DNA of 64,000 nucleotides from Octopus sinensis. Lineage: Eukaryota. How positions within the stretch are numbered: the stretch's first letter is position 1; the number at the start of each line of letters is the position of its first letter. The notes beneath the pieces were generated by a model. It was given only the letters and a program-made list of their open reading frames with translations. It made no database searches and had not been told where the DNA came from. Position numbers and translations under genes: made by a program. The DNA lies in the NCBI RefSeq assembly GCF_006345805.1, contig NC_043008.1:48360001-48424000 (forward strand), read 5' to 3'. This document shows, piece after piece, positions 36,936 to 50,410 of this stretch.

Positions 36936-38007
36936 TATATTCTACAATTATCTACATTCACAAAGACCGTCAACACACCAATCCACTCTGGTTCTGTGAT
37001 TTACAATGTTTAAGGCAATCTAAATAAAAACCTTCCATCAAAATTTCCTGTTCCAAATACCAGCTTGATAAGAACAAAGTTATTTTACTAAATTCTTCGT
37101 TATTTTCAAAATTAATTAAAACAAAAGCAGTCTACCTCAACAGAAATATTGTAACAAAAAATTTTAAAATTAAGTTTTGATTCATTAAATGACTAAAGAT
37201 TTGAATTACAGATTCAAAGTTAGAGTCTTCCTTAACCTCCAGTTCAACTTGATTCAAATAAAACACGCTGTATTTATTCACAGACAGTTATTGTGTGTGT
37301 GTGTGTGTGTGTGTGAACACTGTCTAACCATTTGTAGATGTGTGTGGTTAGACTTAGAAGAATAAACTACTTGCTATATCGACTACAGTCGTCACTATTA
37401 TTAACTAAACTTTCAACATATGTTTTTAATTGAGAAGTTAATGGGAAACTAGAAGCAGCCATAAACATATCTGTCACGTGTGTGTGTGTGTGTGTGTGTG
37501 ACATTTTAAAGTTTTGGCATGATATTTAAGCACGATGGGTCATCTTAACACAATTAAAATGCTAATCTGTACAAGAGGTAGGTTTAAATAACTTCTAAAA
37601 TTAACCAACAGCTTTAAACAGGATTTTCTAAACTATTAAATAAACATTAGAGCAAATGAGAAGCCTGAGTAGAATCAAGAGTCTATTATTGGCTTTTAAC
37701 GAAATGATCTTCAAATGAAACAATGGTAAATGAAACAGGGGTGGAGACGATGGAGTAAAGTAGGGTATGGCGTATTAGAAGGACTTGAGTAAACTAACAG
37801 GACACTGGAATAATAAATGGCATGATCCAGAAGCTACTAGCAGATCTGTTAATTATTTATTTAAACAATTCAGCAGAAATAGCTAATCATATTTTATACT
37901 GTCAAACAACATAAACCATCCACTTAACTCAATCACCAAATTTGACAACCTTGTAGAAAAGGAATGGAAAGGTAGACGTTTGCTTTTGGGGGTTTGTTTA
38001 GGGTTGT

Positions 38008-38345
38008 GAAGATGCATGGCTCAGTGGTTAGAGCATCAAGCTTACAATTGTGAGGTTGTGAGTTCGATTCCCAAACCGAGCTGCGTGTTGTGTTCTCGGG
38101 CAAGACACTTTATTTCATGTTGCTCCAGTTAACTCAGCTGTAGAAATGAGTCGCGAAATCACTGGTGCCAAGCTGTATCGGCCCCTTTGCCTTTCCCTTG
38201 GATAACATTGGTGGTGTGGAGAGGGGAGGCCGGTATGCATGGGCAACTGCTGGCCTTCCACAAACAACCTTGCCTGGACTTGTGCCTCGGAGGGTAACTT
38301 TCTAGGTGCAATCCCATGGTCATTCATGACCGAAGGGGGTCTAAG
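38008..38345 (+). mobile_element. SINE family D (tRNA-derived head)
   Basis: A-box TGGCTCAGTGG and B-box GTTCGATTC, continuing into GCAAGACACTTTATTTCATGTTGCTCCAG shared with the copies at 6292, 44675, 61205 and 62508. Confidence 0.8.
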
Positions 38346-39447
38346 AAGGGGTTTTTCCTTTGTTTTTGTTACCTCCCCACCACCACCTTCTGTTCAATAA
38401 CATACCTTTTCATGACCATGGCTTTGATCTATTCCTAAATTTAATCCAACATATTCCTACTATAAAATCTACCCAAAAGGTGGATTAAATCACAAATTAT
38501 CTTCAGATTCATTGGAAAGAATCTCTCCTGCAATCCATTGATTTCGGACAAAAAAACAAAATCTGCCTCATTCTATTTATTTCAATGTTCCAGAATTAGA
38601 CTAAATGGTTTTGCTTTCAAAATTTATTTACCATTCCTAAGGTTTCTCCTCTCCAACACCACCCCCTCACACTTGCATTGACAATGCAATCGTAAAATTC
38701 TGAAGCCACTCGTATCTAAGGCTGACAGATAAAAACAGCGCAAGAGAAATTATGGTGCTTTGGCCAACCAACCAACCAATACATGTAAAGAATATGGTCA
38801 CTCAGTCTACAAGACATAGCAGCCGAATGTCCTTCAAATCACACCCTATCTTCTTTACAAAAACGAATACACTGAAAAATGTAGTCCAAAATACACAAAG
38901 CCTGCAAAAGTTAAAGACAAGATGGTTGTGGTTGGAATACCTTTGGTCACAGCTCAAAGAGGACCGACTTCAACTTCAGTCTAAACATGAAAATGGCAGG
39001 GGGGGGGAATTATAATTTTGTTTAGTCAGAAAATTCTTATTTTTAAAACAAAATACAAAAAGATTTTAATTCAAAACAGTCTCACTATGAAAAAATTTTA
39101 ATTAAATTTGACATCTGATCCACAGTGAGATTCACTTTTTTCATGCCATTTTCTGTCGACAAGATAACTGTGTGTGTGTGTGTGTGTGTTTCTATATTTT
39201 AATGAGAATCTGTGCAAACTATTCACCAAAATCAGCTGAAGTGATGACATGTAAACATTTCAGTAGCAACAGACTCACACACGCATACACACATACGCTC
39301 ACACACACACACACACAGCTGAACCAACAATACAATTACTTTTGTGCAAGAGAAGACAAACTCTTTCCAGCAAAATATTGTAATACATTCAAAAGTGAAG
39401 TTTCTGCAGGAACACAACAACAACCAGAAAGTCATTGTAGTGACCTC

Positions 39448-39482
<35 letters not shown>

Positions 39483-40999
39483 AAGTCTTTAAGAGTTTTA
39501 CTACATTCCTTTGAGAAGTCCATAACACATGATATTGTAACCTATGTCATTTTGAATTTAAAAAAAAATGAAAAAGAACAAAAAACAACAAAGTGTACAA
39601 AAGTACACAAAATATAATTTGCGAATGTGACAGAAGAGAATTTAATGTTTTGGATGGTGGTGGTGGTGATGGTGGTCCTTCATTGGCAACATTGAAGAAG
39701 AAAAACAAATGGTTACATGAAAAGCGATGGGTTTCACAGCAAAAGCAACATGGTGAATTAAAATGAAAATGAATATAGTGGAGGTGTGTAGAATGGTGTT
39801 TTACAGGCAAAAGAGGGGGGCTAGAAAGGGAGATAAGTGAGATGCAGGGGTGGGTGGGTGTGATTGAAAATGTTTCATGGATTGACAATAAAAGTAGAGG
39901 TGGACCAATGAAATGTTGTAAAGGGAAAGTTATGGAAGCACTGAAACTCCCTGCTATAAAAGAATTGAAAGACACCGTATTGCAAGACTGTCCACCCTTG
40001 CAGAGAGATATCTATCTAGATGCCCAAAGTTTTATTTACATTAGGAATTTGATGAGTTCAGTAGAAAACAGTGGGTAAACATTGGCTGAACACTTTTGAA
40101 AAGTTTGCTAGAAGCTCAAGTTCTGTGCCAACAGAAATGAAAGCAAAACCTGGTTATCACAAACAATATTGACATTTAGTTTAATTGTTCTGACATTGAA
40201 GTAGCTGAGTGGTTAAAGGTGGAAGTTCTTTGTAGAGTTTCAATAAAGAAAAAAAAAGCAATAACTTATCTTAGCTTACAAAATTATAATAAAACTTTAA
40301 TCATTCCATGCTTACAACACTGGTTAATACCAAAGGCAGCAAACGCCACTGTAAAGGTGTCAATTCCCAAGACAAACATTTGTTGAAAACATGCAGCAGA
40401 GAGTGTGTATGTGTGTGGGTTGTCTCATTAAGGGCAGCCTCTCAAGCGCTGGTAACATGGAAAAAATGTCTGCAGATCACGCTATACAGTGTTCGGTGGT
40501 AGGAAGGACATCTAGCTGTTAAAAACCATACCGAAAATATCAGAACATACACAGGAAGAGAGTATCCTGTTCCTGCTTTCTTTGTTGTTGCTGTATCAGG
40601 TGACAAAAGACAGTCACAAGTGGTAAGAGACACAGCTAAGACTTGCCCAACCCATGCCAGCATAGGTAAACAGACATAAGGTGACACTGATGAATACAGT
40701 CAGTACATACATATTGTATAGAAAGGTTCATTAAATTCATAAAAGACTGTATTGTATCAAATTAAAGAATGTTGTGCTTTAGTGCCTGGTATAGCTTCAA
40801 TGGACATTTTTCTAGAATGCATTAACCAAGATATACTTAAAGGGATTTTGACTGCTAATTCTAACGGGTCAAGCAATCATATAGAGGTTCATCAAAGAGA
40901 GACATAGTGGCATTATGTAAACAGTATGATGACACTGAAATGGCATCATCTTATTAGAGAGTAATTAAATTTAAAATTTAAGTTAGGACTTTGAATTAA

Positions 41000-41205
41000 A
41001 TTTTGGCACAAGGCCAGCAATTTCAGGGGAGGAGTAAGCCAATTCCATCATCCCCAGCACCCAACTTGTACTTATTCTGTCAATCCTGGAAAGATGAAAT
41101 ACAAAGTCAATGTTGGTGAAATTGAAACTCAAAAATATAAAGACGGACTAAATGCTGCAAAATACCTTCTCTGGCAGGTTAACAGTTCTGCCAGGTTCAC
41201 CTTTT
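41000..41205 (-). mobile_element. SINE family A (decayed)
   Basis: TTTTGGCACAAGGCCAGCAATTT...AAAGTCAATGTTGGTGAAATTGAAACTC. Confidence 0.6.
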
Positions 41206-43553
41206 GGACTTCAATTTAATATTAAAACATCAGATGTCACAAAGGTACCTTTTTACTGCTTTAATTTCGTCTCAAAAAGGAAACTGTATTTGCCATTTCC
41301 AAATATAGGTCAGTAATGCACATTTGTTTAGAATGACTAAACTCTTTATTTTACCAAATGTCAATAAATCTAAGTTGACCCTCAACCATAAGAATTACAT
41401 GCAGGTATTTGTTTACCTGTTGGAATTAACAATAAAACATATTCTAAGATTCCTTCACTGTCGGCTTTTGTCTTGCTCTCTCTTATTATTCAATGTTGTC
41501 CTTCAGAATATATTCTTTACAATGATTCATGTCTATGGCACTTAGTAATCACATTCAAGACATTCTCAGCTGAAAACCAGCCAAAAACAAAGAATGAAAG
41601 AGAAGGGGAGAGGAAGAGAGAGAGAGAGTGTGTGTGTTGTGTTGTGTTGTGTCTTGTGAAGTGGATGCAGGCATGACTGTGTTAAGAAGCTTACTTCCCA
41701 ACAATGTGGCTTTGGGTTCAACTCCACTCTGCAGCATCTTGTGCAAATGTCTTCTACCACAGCCCAATGAATGGAATTTGGTAGACAGACAATGTGAGAG
41801 GCTACTGGAGAAGTCATTTTTGTTTTGGGAAGGACATGCTTAATCCATGATATGGTTTAACAGCCAACAGGCCCTTGGATGCTTTAAACAGAGTCCACTC
41901 CACTGCAAGTTTTAGGGACCAGGCCTCCAGTCTGAGGCTAATTTCCTCCCTTCTTCCCACCAGTCACAGGGACACTAAAAATAGGTCAGAAGGCACTCCT
42001 GTTCCTCCTTTAAGTCAATTTAAAATTAAAGTAAGTCAACATTATAATGACTGAAATATAATGTAAATATAGCAAGGTAGATAATGTGACGGTAATATTT
42101 AGTAATGTAAAAAGTCTTAAGTAGATTAAATCAGATTAATGGCCTTAAAGAAAGAATCAATTGATCATTATAATCACAGCTGAGTTATGAACATTCAGGA
42201 GATACTCTGGATTTACTTTCTGTTCAATAGTTGAAACTATACACATCCGACCTTCCTTAAACATAAAGAAACTCGTACATATAAACACACCTCGTACATA
42301 TACATCCACCTTAACTACTCTAGTTTGTAGGATCTAGGAATGTATTGCAGAGCAGTCAGTACAACATGAAAGATTTGATGAGAACAGAACTAAAGAATTT
42401 GGACAACATAATATCAGGTTTAGACAAGCTGAACTTGAAGATTGGTTAATTAACAAGACTAAGATTTGCTTGAAAGAACCCAGTGAAATAATAACAGTAA
42501 TAATTTAGTTTAACCAGTAAACTCTTATTGAAGGGGAAAAACAAAAAATTCATTATTTTTAAAAGGAAATTCCACCAAAATACCAAAACTGTCACCAACA
42601 GTTTTCCACATTAACGCTATCTTGAAGCAATGCTTATATTCTGTAACACGAAGATATGAAATAACTATCTCTGGCTTAGTTTAGTAGTGAAGTTTTTAAA
42701 AAGATTAAATCTCTTCATTTTTATCAAAAGTAAATCAATGAAAATATTTCCTAAAAGTGCTGAGTGTTATCCAGTACAACCAATTATTACTCAGTATTTC
42801 TGAGGCCCCGTCCCTCCCAATCACATATCAACCATACCTACATATCCAGTCAACCATACAAGTAAAGATCAGCTGTTTAGGAACAAAGTAAATATTTTTG
42901 ATCAAATAAACTAGATTACTTCATAATTGAAAGCAATTCTAAAATTAATTTGGGCCAGATTTACTTAGACACCTAATTAAAATGCTTATTGACAAATTTG
43001 ACTTATGGAAGGGGGACAGGGACATAATTCTTGGACCACACAGACGATGCACTTCCATCAAAAGCATACAAATACAAAATACACAAATTTCATTGAATTT
43101 CCAGTGAGAAAAATTACATCACAATTTAAAACATTCATGCATAAATTTAATTTTAAAAAATAAACATTGCTTTAAACACTGAAAAAAAAACTGTCATATT
43201 TATGAAAAGTTAACTAAGCAAACAAAAATATTAAATATATGTTGTTAGGAAAAAATAATGGAACTAAACAGCTTATAAACATGTAAAAATCTGAAAAAGT
43301 GGTCAATTAATTAATTTGATTTAATTTTTTCAATCAATACAATTTTAGTCTCAGAATTCCAGACAGGAAGAATATCATGTGATAGTAAATAAACAGATAA
43401 AAATATATTCCAGACTCAAGAAATCTTTTCATGAAGACAATTGAAATTGTGTAACTTTGCAACTAAAAACTTTTAATAGGATCAGTTGTTGCTACCATTT
43501 CAATTAATTAGAAATTAAATACTCCATAAAGTGTGTGTGTACATATGATATAG

Positions 43554-43603
<50 letters not shown>

Positions 43604-43604
43604 T

Positions 43605-44020
43605 GTGTGTGAAGAAAGCTTGTTTCTCAAACATGTGGTCTCAGGTTTAGGGTTCAGTCCCACTGCACAGTATCTTGGGCAAATGTCTCCTATAACCCCA
43701 GGTTGACCGAACCCTTCTGATTAAATCTAGTAGGCAGAAACTGAAAGAAACCCCTCCCTTATGTGTGTGTACCTTTGTCTTGCTATCATGAGATGATTGT
43801 AAATAAGAAGCACAACCATACAAATGATGCCATTCATTTCCAGTCTTCTATGAAAAACATGACGAGCCAAGAGGAAGGATTACCTTGTTTGGAACTACAT
43901 GAGGATTGGAGGCAGGAAAGGTATCCAGCCGTAAAAAAAAAATTATGCCTCAACAAATTCCATCTACCCCATGCAAATATGGGGAAGTGAAAGGTAAATG
44001 ATGATGATGATGATGATGAC
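43605..44020 (+). mobile_element. SINE family B with (GAT)n tail
   Basis: AAGCTTGTTTCTCAAACATGTGG...GGGTTCAGTCCCACTG...TCTTGGGCAAATGTCT. Tail AATGATGATGAT. Confidence 0.7.
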
Positions 44021-44674
44021 GACAATGGTGTGTGTGTGTTACATTTCTTTTACATTTTTTGTTTTGCCTTTTCCAAACTACTTTTGAACCGTTATTAGAT
44101 TATTTCCTAAAGATTTCTTCAGTTTACATTAAGCCAAGATTTAAGTTAGACCAATTTATATTAGCCAACATTTGGAGGAATTAGATCAAACCAACCAAGC
44201 TGAAAAAAATAAATACGTAATATTTTATCAAAGATTTAAAAAAAAAGACAATAAACTTGAGTTTTTACAAAAATTATTCAGTTTTGCTTTGTTAACTTTC
44301 TGACAGCAGTGTTGAATAATTTTTTTTTTTTTAATATTAGTCACAAAACTAAAATTAGTAAGTTTATGGGTTAAACACAAAGAAAACATTTAAACAATAA
44401 TATAAAACTGTTGTAGTTACCCCAGAAATGAACTGCAAAGAAAATAAACAAGTGATTAGTTACATTGAGTAGGGAGTAGATTAGATGTTAAAACAATAAT
44501 GAAAGAGGGGACAGGGGTCAATGACTCAAGGCCACAACACAGCTAAATAGATAGATTATTATGAGGGAACTAGAACAGGGAAGAGATTATCAATTTTTTT
44601 TTATTTTATGTTTATTCCAAACATGACCGCTCAACTGTATCTAATGGTAAAAATGTTTCTCCTTCATATAACTA

Positions 44675-44950
44675 ACTAGCACTCCATCAACTGCGAAAAC
44701 TGTTCCAGTTGATCCGATCAACGGAACAACCTCCATGTGAAATTAACATGCAAAGTGACTGACCACTTCCCAAAGTAGTGACATACCCTCAAAGTAGTGA
44801 CAAGACTGGCCCCTTGGCATTACTGGTACAGCTCATTTTTGCTAGCTGAGTGGACTGGGACAACATGAAATAAAGTATCTTGCACCAGCAGGAATCAAAC
44901 TTTTGACCTTACAATGGTGAGCGGAATACCCTAACCACTAATCCAGGCAC
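44675..44950 (-). mobile_element. SINE family D
   Basis: GCTGAGTGGACTGG..CAACATGAAATAAAGTATCTTG and CTAACCACTAA. Confidence 0.65.
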
Positions 44951-46534
44951 CATCACTCTCCTTCCTATACAGAATGGCATTTTATAATCTCTCTACAATT
45001 ACTGGACGACAAAGTAGTAATAAAGTAGGTGCAGACTAACAGAACAGAATATACAAATTTACAGAATATTTTATGAACAAACAAGGAATGTTTAAGAAAA
45101 CAGATTTGAGATTGATCCAATCCATTTCATTATTTGAAATATGAAATTTCCTTCCATGCGATAAGACTCTGGATAAATTTCTATGGCATGTTAGACAGCA
45201 GCTATGATCAGACTGCAGCCCAGGGGACTTTCTGAATGGCAAGACTAATGAAAAATTACTTAATTTTTTTGTTTTTTAGTAGTAGTGTGACCCACCTAAT
45301 GATGAGCCATGTTTCATGTGACCCACTTCTCCGAAAAGATGTCCCCTGCCTGTTCTAGAGCAAGTTGTAGGAGAGCGTCAACTTCCGTATGGTTTAATTT
45401 TAATGTCACAGCATATGAAGATGAGATGACCGAGCAGAAAGATGGAAGTGATGGAGGAAAGAGTCCACTCCACCATAATGTAGCAGCCATGTTTATTTTT
45501 CAGAAACCTGTCTTTTAAACCATAAGAGGAACCAAGCAGAGACGTCACAGACAGTGTTGCATTTATGATCAATGTCTACAAGTAGAGACTCTTATGTGTA
45601 GACAATGGCAAAGCCTAGGAGAGTAAATCATGTGTCACATATCTGAAAGTCGTAACAACAAAGGCACAAGAGACATCCAAATAATAAACAACACAAATGT
45701 CATGTGTCTTGCTTATAACAAAAGCTGTAAGAGTCACTGCAGGACAGACATATGTGGTAAAGAAACACATTTTCTAATTGTCATAGTGATGGCCATTAGC
45801 CATACACATTAAATGAATGGGCAGCTATCAGTACACACACACACACAGAGGCACTCATGCCATTAGTCCAACCCTTGCCAGCATGGAAAACAGATGTTAA
45901 ATGATGAGGAAGAGGAGGATGAAGACGACTAGCACAAACACAAACATTATACAAAAATATTAAGAAAGGCTTTTATATTAAATACTACACAGAAATATCA
46001 TTAAACACCAGCAACAGAGTCTACAACAATTGAGGAAACAAGACCATAACACGACCTGACAACAATAAAATTATAAAAGAATAAATTCTTCTAATTTCAT
46101 ACAACAAAAAAGAATAAAGCGGTCAGCAACTACAATGAAATAAAAATGTCTGTCCAACTCAATTCCCTGTTAACTTTGTCCATTATATCCTAACATTGTG
46201 TCATTACAGAAAAACAGAGGAAAATGGTGATAAAAGATTCAATTCAATTGATTGTACCAGTCGAATCTAGAATGATTTCATTTCTTCAGTTTAATGTTTT
46301 CATTCATTTTGTTTTTGGTTCATGTTGCCTTGTTTTTGATTTATTTATTCCACAACAATAAAATAAATATTCAATAATCAGTTTCCAAAAACATTTAACA
46401 CATTTAATCAGACAATACTTGAATGGGTTCAGAAAATTTGGAGACATTTTTCATAGAATTTGCACAGATCTTCTCAGTGTAACACATGCTGTTAGAAACT
46501 ACTTTTTCGCTTAGTCTCTCTCTCTCTCTCTCGG

Positions 46535-46945
46535 GAGAGACTGTGTGGTAAGAAGTTTGCTTCCCAATCACATGGTTCTGGGTTCAGTCCCACTGTGTGA
46601 CACCTTGGGCAAGTGTCTTCTACTATAACCTCAGGCTGCCCAAAGCCTTGAGTGGATTTGGTAGACAGAAACTGAAAGATGCTCATCATGTTTGTGTGTG
46701 CGCGTGTGTATGTGTGTGCATGTGTGTGCACACACATGTATGTGTATGTGTGTGTTTGTACCCTTCGCCATTGCTTGGCAACCAATGTTGGTGTGTTTAC
46801 ATTCCCATATGGTTCAGCAAAAGAAACTGATAGAATAAGTACTAGGTTTACAAAGAATAAATCCTGGGGTCAATTTGTTTGACTAAAGGTGGTGCTCCAG
46901 TATGGCCACAGCCAAATGACTGAATCAACTTAAAGAATAAAAGAA
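46535..46945 (+). mobile_element. SINE family B with internal (TG)n and (AAAGAAT)n tail
   Basis: CTGTGTGGTAAGAAGTTTGCTTCCCAATCACATGGTTCTGGGTTCAGTCCCACTG...ACCTTGGGCAAGTGTCTTC. Confidence 0.8.
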
Positions 46946-47212
46946 TATAAAACATCATAATCGTTTTCCCATTCACTTTGCCATATTTGCATGGATCAGA
47001 CAGAATTTGTCAATGCAGATTTTCAATGGCCGGATGCTCTTTCAGTCGCCAACCTTCCTCTGATTCCAAGTAAGGTAATATTTCTCCATAGCCAGACATG
47101 TTTACATGGAAGATTGGAAATGATTAACACCGCTTGTATGATGGGGATGCTTGTTTACATCCATCACATGATGTCAAGACAAAAAGTACATTCATATACA
47201 CTTAAATATATA

Positions 47213-47575
47213 CATGGTGTCCTGAAATTTAGGCAACTGAAGTCTCAGGCTTCACTGACTATCAATAAATGTGATAATTATGCATCAGTATAAAAGCTTA
47301 ATGTGTCTTCTTTTTATTTCAGACTAAATAAGTTCATATTTATAAATTAGACAATGGCTATAGACCGAAATACAATCATAACCCTCCACAAAGGAGGAGA
47401 AAGTAATACAGCTATAGCAAAAAAGTTTAAAATTAACTGAACAACAGTCTGGAAAACTGTCAAGAAATTTCAAGAGACTGGTTCCACTGCTGATCAACCT
47501 GGACCTGGCTAAAAAAGAAGTGTGCAAACCCCTCAGCTTACCAAAAGTACCAGAGAAAAGATATGGCAAAATCTA
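47213..47575 (+). mobile_element. 5' fragment of Tc1/maT-like transposon
   Basis: TA-CATGGTGTCCTGAAA terminus. IAKKFKIN*TTVWKTVKKFQETGSTADQPGPG*KRSV resembles an HTH/GRPR-like region. Confidence 0.65.
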
Positions 47576-47864
47576 AGTCTTTGGATTTAGTTTTGCCATT
47601 TTCCAGTCACTAATGTCTCTAATTCCTCTCCAAAACTTCTTTTAGATGCCGTCAGTCCAAATGAGATAAAAACTGTTTTTGTTTATTTGTTTAAAAGCTA
47701 GAATATGGAGAAAATAGTCTAACCACCTAAAACTCAGTGGGGAAAGTAACTAACGATTCATAGAGGAACTCAAACTGCACCACTTGTGTAACGTCATTTC
47801 ATTTTGGACAAAGCCTTTACAATGAATTCTTCTCCCTCCTTCTTTTTCATATTTTCTCAACAGA

Positions 47865-48070
47865 TGGCACCAAGCTGGCACAATAGTTAGCATGCCAGGC
47901 AAAATGCTCACTGACATTTCATCCATCTTTACTTTCTGAGGTCGACTTTGCCTTTTGTCCCCTTTCAAGGTCAATAAAACAAGTACTACTTGAGCACTGG
48001 GAGTAATGTAATCAATTCTCTCCCCATTGACCCCCAAAATTTCTGGTCTTGTGTCAAATTTGAAACCAAT
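47865..48070 (+). mobile_element. SINE family A
   Basis: AAGCTGGCAC...GAGGTCGACTTTGCCTTT...TCTTGTGTCAAATTTGAAACCAAT. Confidence 0.7.
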
Positions 48071-48619
48071 ATTTTCCCAACAGATGTTGACTGAGAGACA
48101 TTCAAACTAAACCTCCACTACATCAACATCACCAGTCTGTGAATGTTCTGATGTTTCTTCCTCAAGACAAAATCATTAAAGAAATATGGTTAAGTAACAT
48201 CAAACCTTCATACAATGACTGAATGGTTGAATTGTTGAGATAAAATCACACAAACACTTATTGAACCATGCAGTCAACTGAGCAGACGGGAAATTGCTTC
48301 TATAAAACTAATAGTGTGATACTCAAGACCACTTTAGCACCAGTTCCGGGGTTTAAAAGAAATACCCCATAAATGTCTAATTTTATAAAAGTCTCTGACC
48401 AATGCCAGTATCAAATGGAAGGTCATAAAATTTCAAAACCAGCAATACAAAAATAAGTAAATTGAATCTTATTTTTAGCACTGACAAACATCATTCTATG
48501 ATACAGTGTGCCAAAATCTATGAATGGATTGTGGACTGAACTGCAATTTGAAGCCAACACAACTCCACCTTGTTTTATCTCTGCTGAAGAAAACAAAAGA
48601 CTCGCATGGAAACGGATTT

Positions 48620-49050
48620 AATAATAGCAATTGCTTCAAATTTTGTTACAAGGCCAGCAATTTTGAGGAGAGGGGCAAGTTGGTTACATCAACTCCAGTG
48701 TTTGACCGGTACTTATTATACTGACCCTGAAAGGATGAAAGGTAAAGCCAACCTTGGTAAAATTTGAACTCAGAGGAAATACATAGCAGTATTTTTCCCA
48801 ACTTATTAGGTTCTAACATGATTCTACCACCTTAGCACTTGAATAATGGTTTCAAATTTTGGTACAAGGCCAGAAATTTTGGACAAGGATCGATTACATC
48901 AACCCCAGTGCACAACTTAATTTATTGACCCTGAAAGAATGAAAGGTAAAGTCGACCTTGACAAAATTTGAACCCAGAATGTAAAGACTGATGGAATACC
49001 ACTAAACATTTTGTCCTCCATGCTAATGTTTCTGCCAGCTCACCACTTTA
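48620..49050 (-). mobile_element. Two SINE family A copies
   Basis: GACCCTGAAAGGATGAAAGGTAAAG-type motif occurs twice. Confidence 0.7.
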
Positions 49051-49806
49051 CACCACCTTTATGAATATAATAATAAATATAATGTAGTCTTAAATACTGA
49101 TGCAATGTTAGAAACACCCCCCAAGTGCCACCAAAAGGGAAAAAAGGGATCTGGTAACTATTTACATGTTTAACCTACATTTTGGTACAAATGTCAAAAC
49201 AGACACAAATGACAACAAAGAGAACTTCTTTGCTGTACAGAGCTGAGAGAAACATAAAATGTCAGGAAAACTGTTTTGCATATTGGTTCCGGCTCTTTCT
49301 GTTCTGAGTTCAAATTTCACCAATGTCATCTTTTCTTTTCATCACTCTGGGGTTGATGGTATTGGCTAACCTTCCTTCCTTCAAAATTACAGGCCTTGAG
49401 CCTCAGAAACCATTTTCAGGTGCGGGAGTGGAGCGAAAGTATGAAATTGACATACAGGTGATAAGGGCTAAGAGCAGGTTGGCCACGCTCACGTTCACCA
49501 TCTATGTACTGATATATGACGCGAGGAACAATAAATATACACTATTATCTCATCCTAATTATCTGGGCTTTTTTTAATTCTAGCCCCTTATTTTGAAGGT
49601 TTAATTTTGTATTACACACACACACACACACATATATATATTTATGGTTCAGAATTGTACAAAAAATACAAAAGACAGACACAGGTGAGGCAAACAAGGT
49701 GTATTAGTTTGATGCTCAGCAAAAATGGAAGAGTCTTTGATACTTTGAGCATAAACTCTTAGGCCTTTGTTTACATCATATCAATCACAATCATTTACAA
49801 ACCAAC

Positions 49807-49845
<39 letters not shown>

Positions 49846-50001
49846 TATATACGTATAGATTTAAGTATGTACATATACGTATGTATATATGCATATATAT
49901 ATATCAGAGTAAGCATATAAATGTGAAACAAGGTGGCAAAAAAAATACTCAAATACTAGAGGTAGAGTAATATACTTTATTGAAAAGCAGCAGAAACATC
50001 A

Positions 50002-50050
50002 CAAAACTGTTACTCAGAGGTTTCACATTCCCATTCATCGGACAGTTTTG
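50002..50050 (-). ncRNA. Minimal type I hammerhead ribozyme motif (variant core, decayed)
   Basis: CAAAACTGT-CCGATGA-ATGGGAATGT-GAAA-CCTCTGAG-TA-ACAGTTTTG: 9-bp stem I, CYGANGA box, short stem II, GAAA, palindromic stem III and GUA cleavage triplet. Confidence 0.55.
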
Positions 50051-50091
50051 ATAGAATGGAACAGAAATGACCATTTCTGTTTCATTCAAAC

Positions 50092-50137
50092 AAAACTGTC
50101 CAATGAACAGGAACATGAAACTCTGAGTAACAGTTTT
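50092..50137 (+). ncRNA. Second hammerhead motif (opposite strand, core mutated to CCAATGA)
   Basis: AAAACTGT-CCAATGA-ACAGGAACAT-GAAA-CTCTGAG-TA-ACAGTTTT. Confidence 0.45.
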
Positions 50138-50174
50138 TGTGATATTTCTGCTGCTTTTCAATAAAGTGTATGTA

Positions 50175-50213
<39 letters not shown>

Positions 50214-50264
50214 TGTTATAAGAAGCACAAGCACTTTCATACACATATATACACAAGTCAGGAA

Positions 50265-50410
50265 CTTCTGCCAACCAAATTCAATCACAAGGCTTTGGTC
50301 AGCCCATGGCTATAGCAAAAGACACTTGCTGAAGATGCCACACAATGGGACTGAACCCATAACCACGTGATTGAGAAACAAGCTTCCTAACCACACACCC
50401 ATGCCCGTAC
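50265..50410 (-). mobile_element. SINE family B
   Basis: CACAAGGCTTTGGTCAGCCC...GACACTTG...TGGGACTGAACCC...AAGCTTCCTAACCACAC. Confidence 0.7.

Larger units (their letters stand above)
49971..50170. mobile_element. 200-bp palindromic Penelope-like terminal repeat (inverted pLTR pair) within (TA)n
   Basis: 49971-50069 is an imperfect reverse complement of 50072-50170. Each arm has a hammerhead motif followed by AATAAA. Confidence 0.7.

Noticed and set aside
38010-38082. tRNA-like sequence with A and B boxes
   Set aside because: There is no proper acceptor stem and it runs directly into a multi-copy SINE body, so it is a SINE head.
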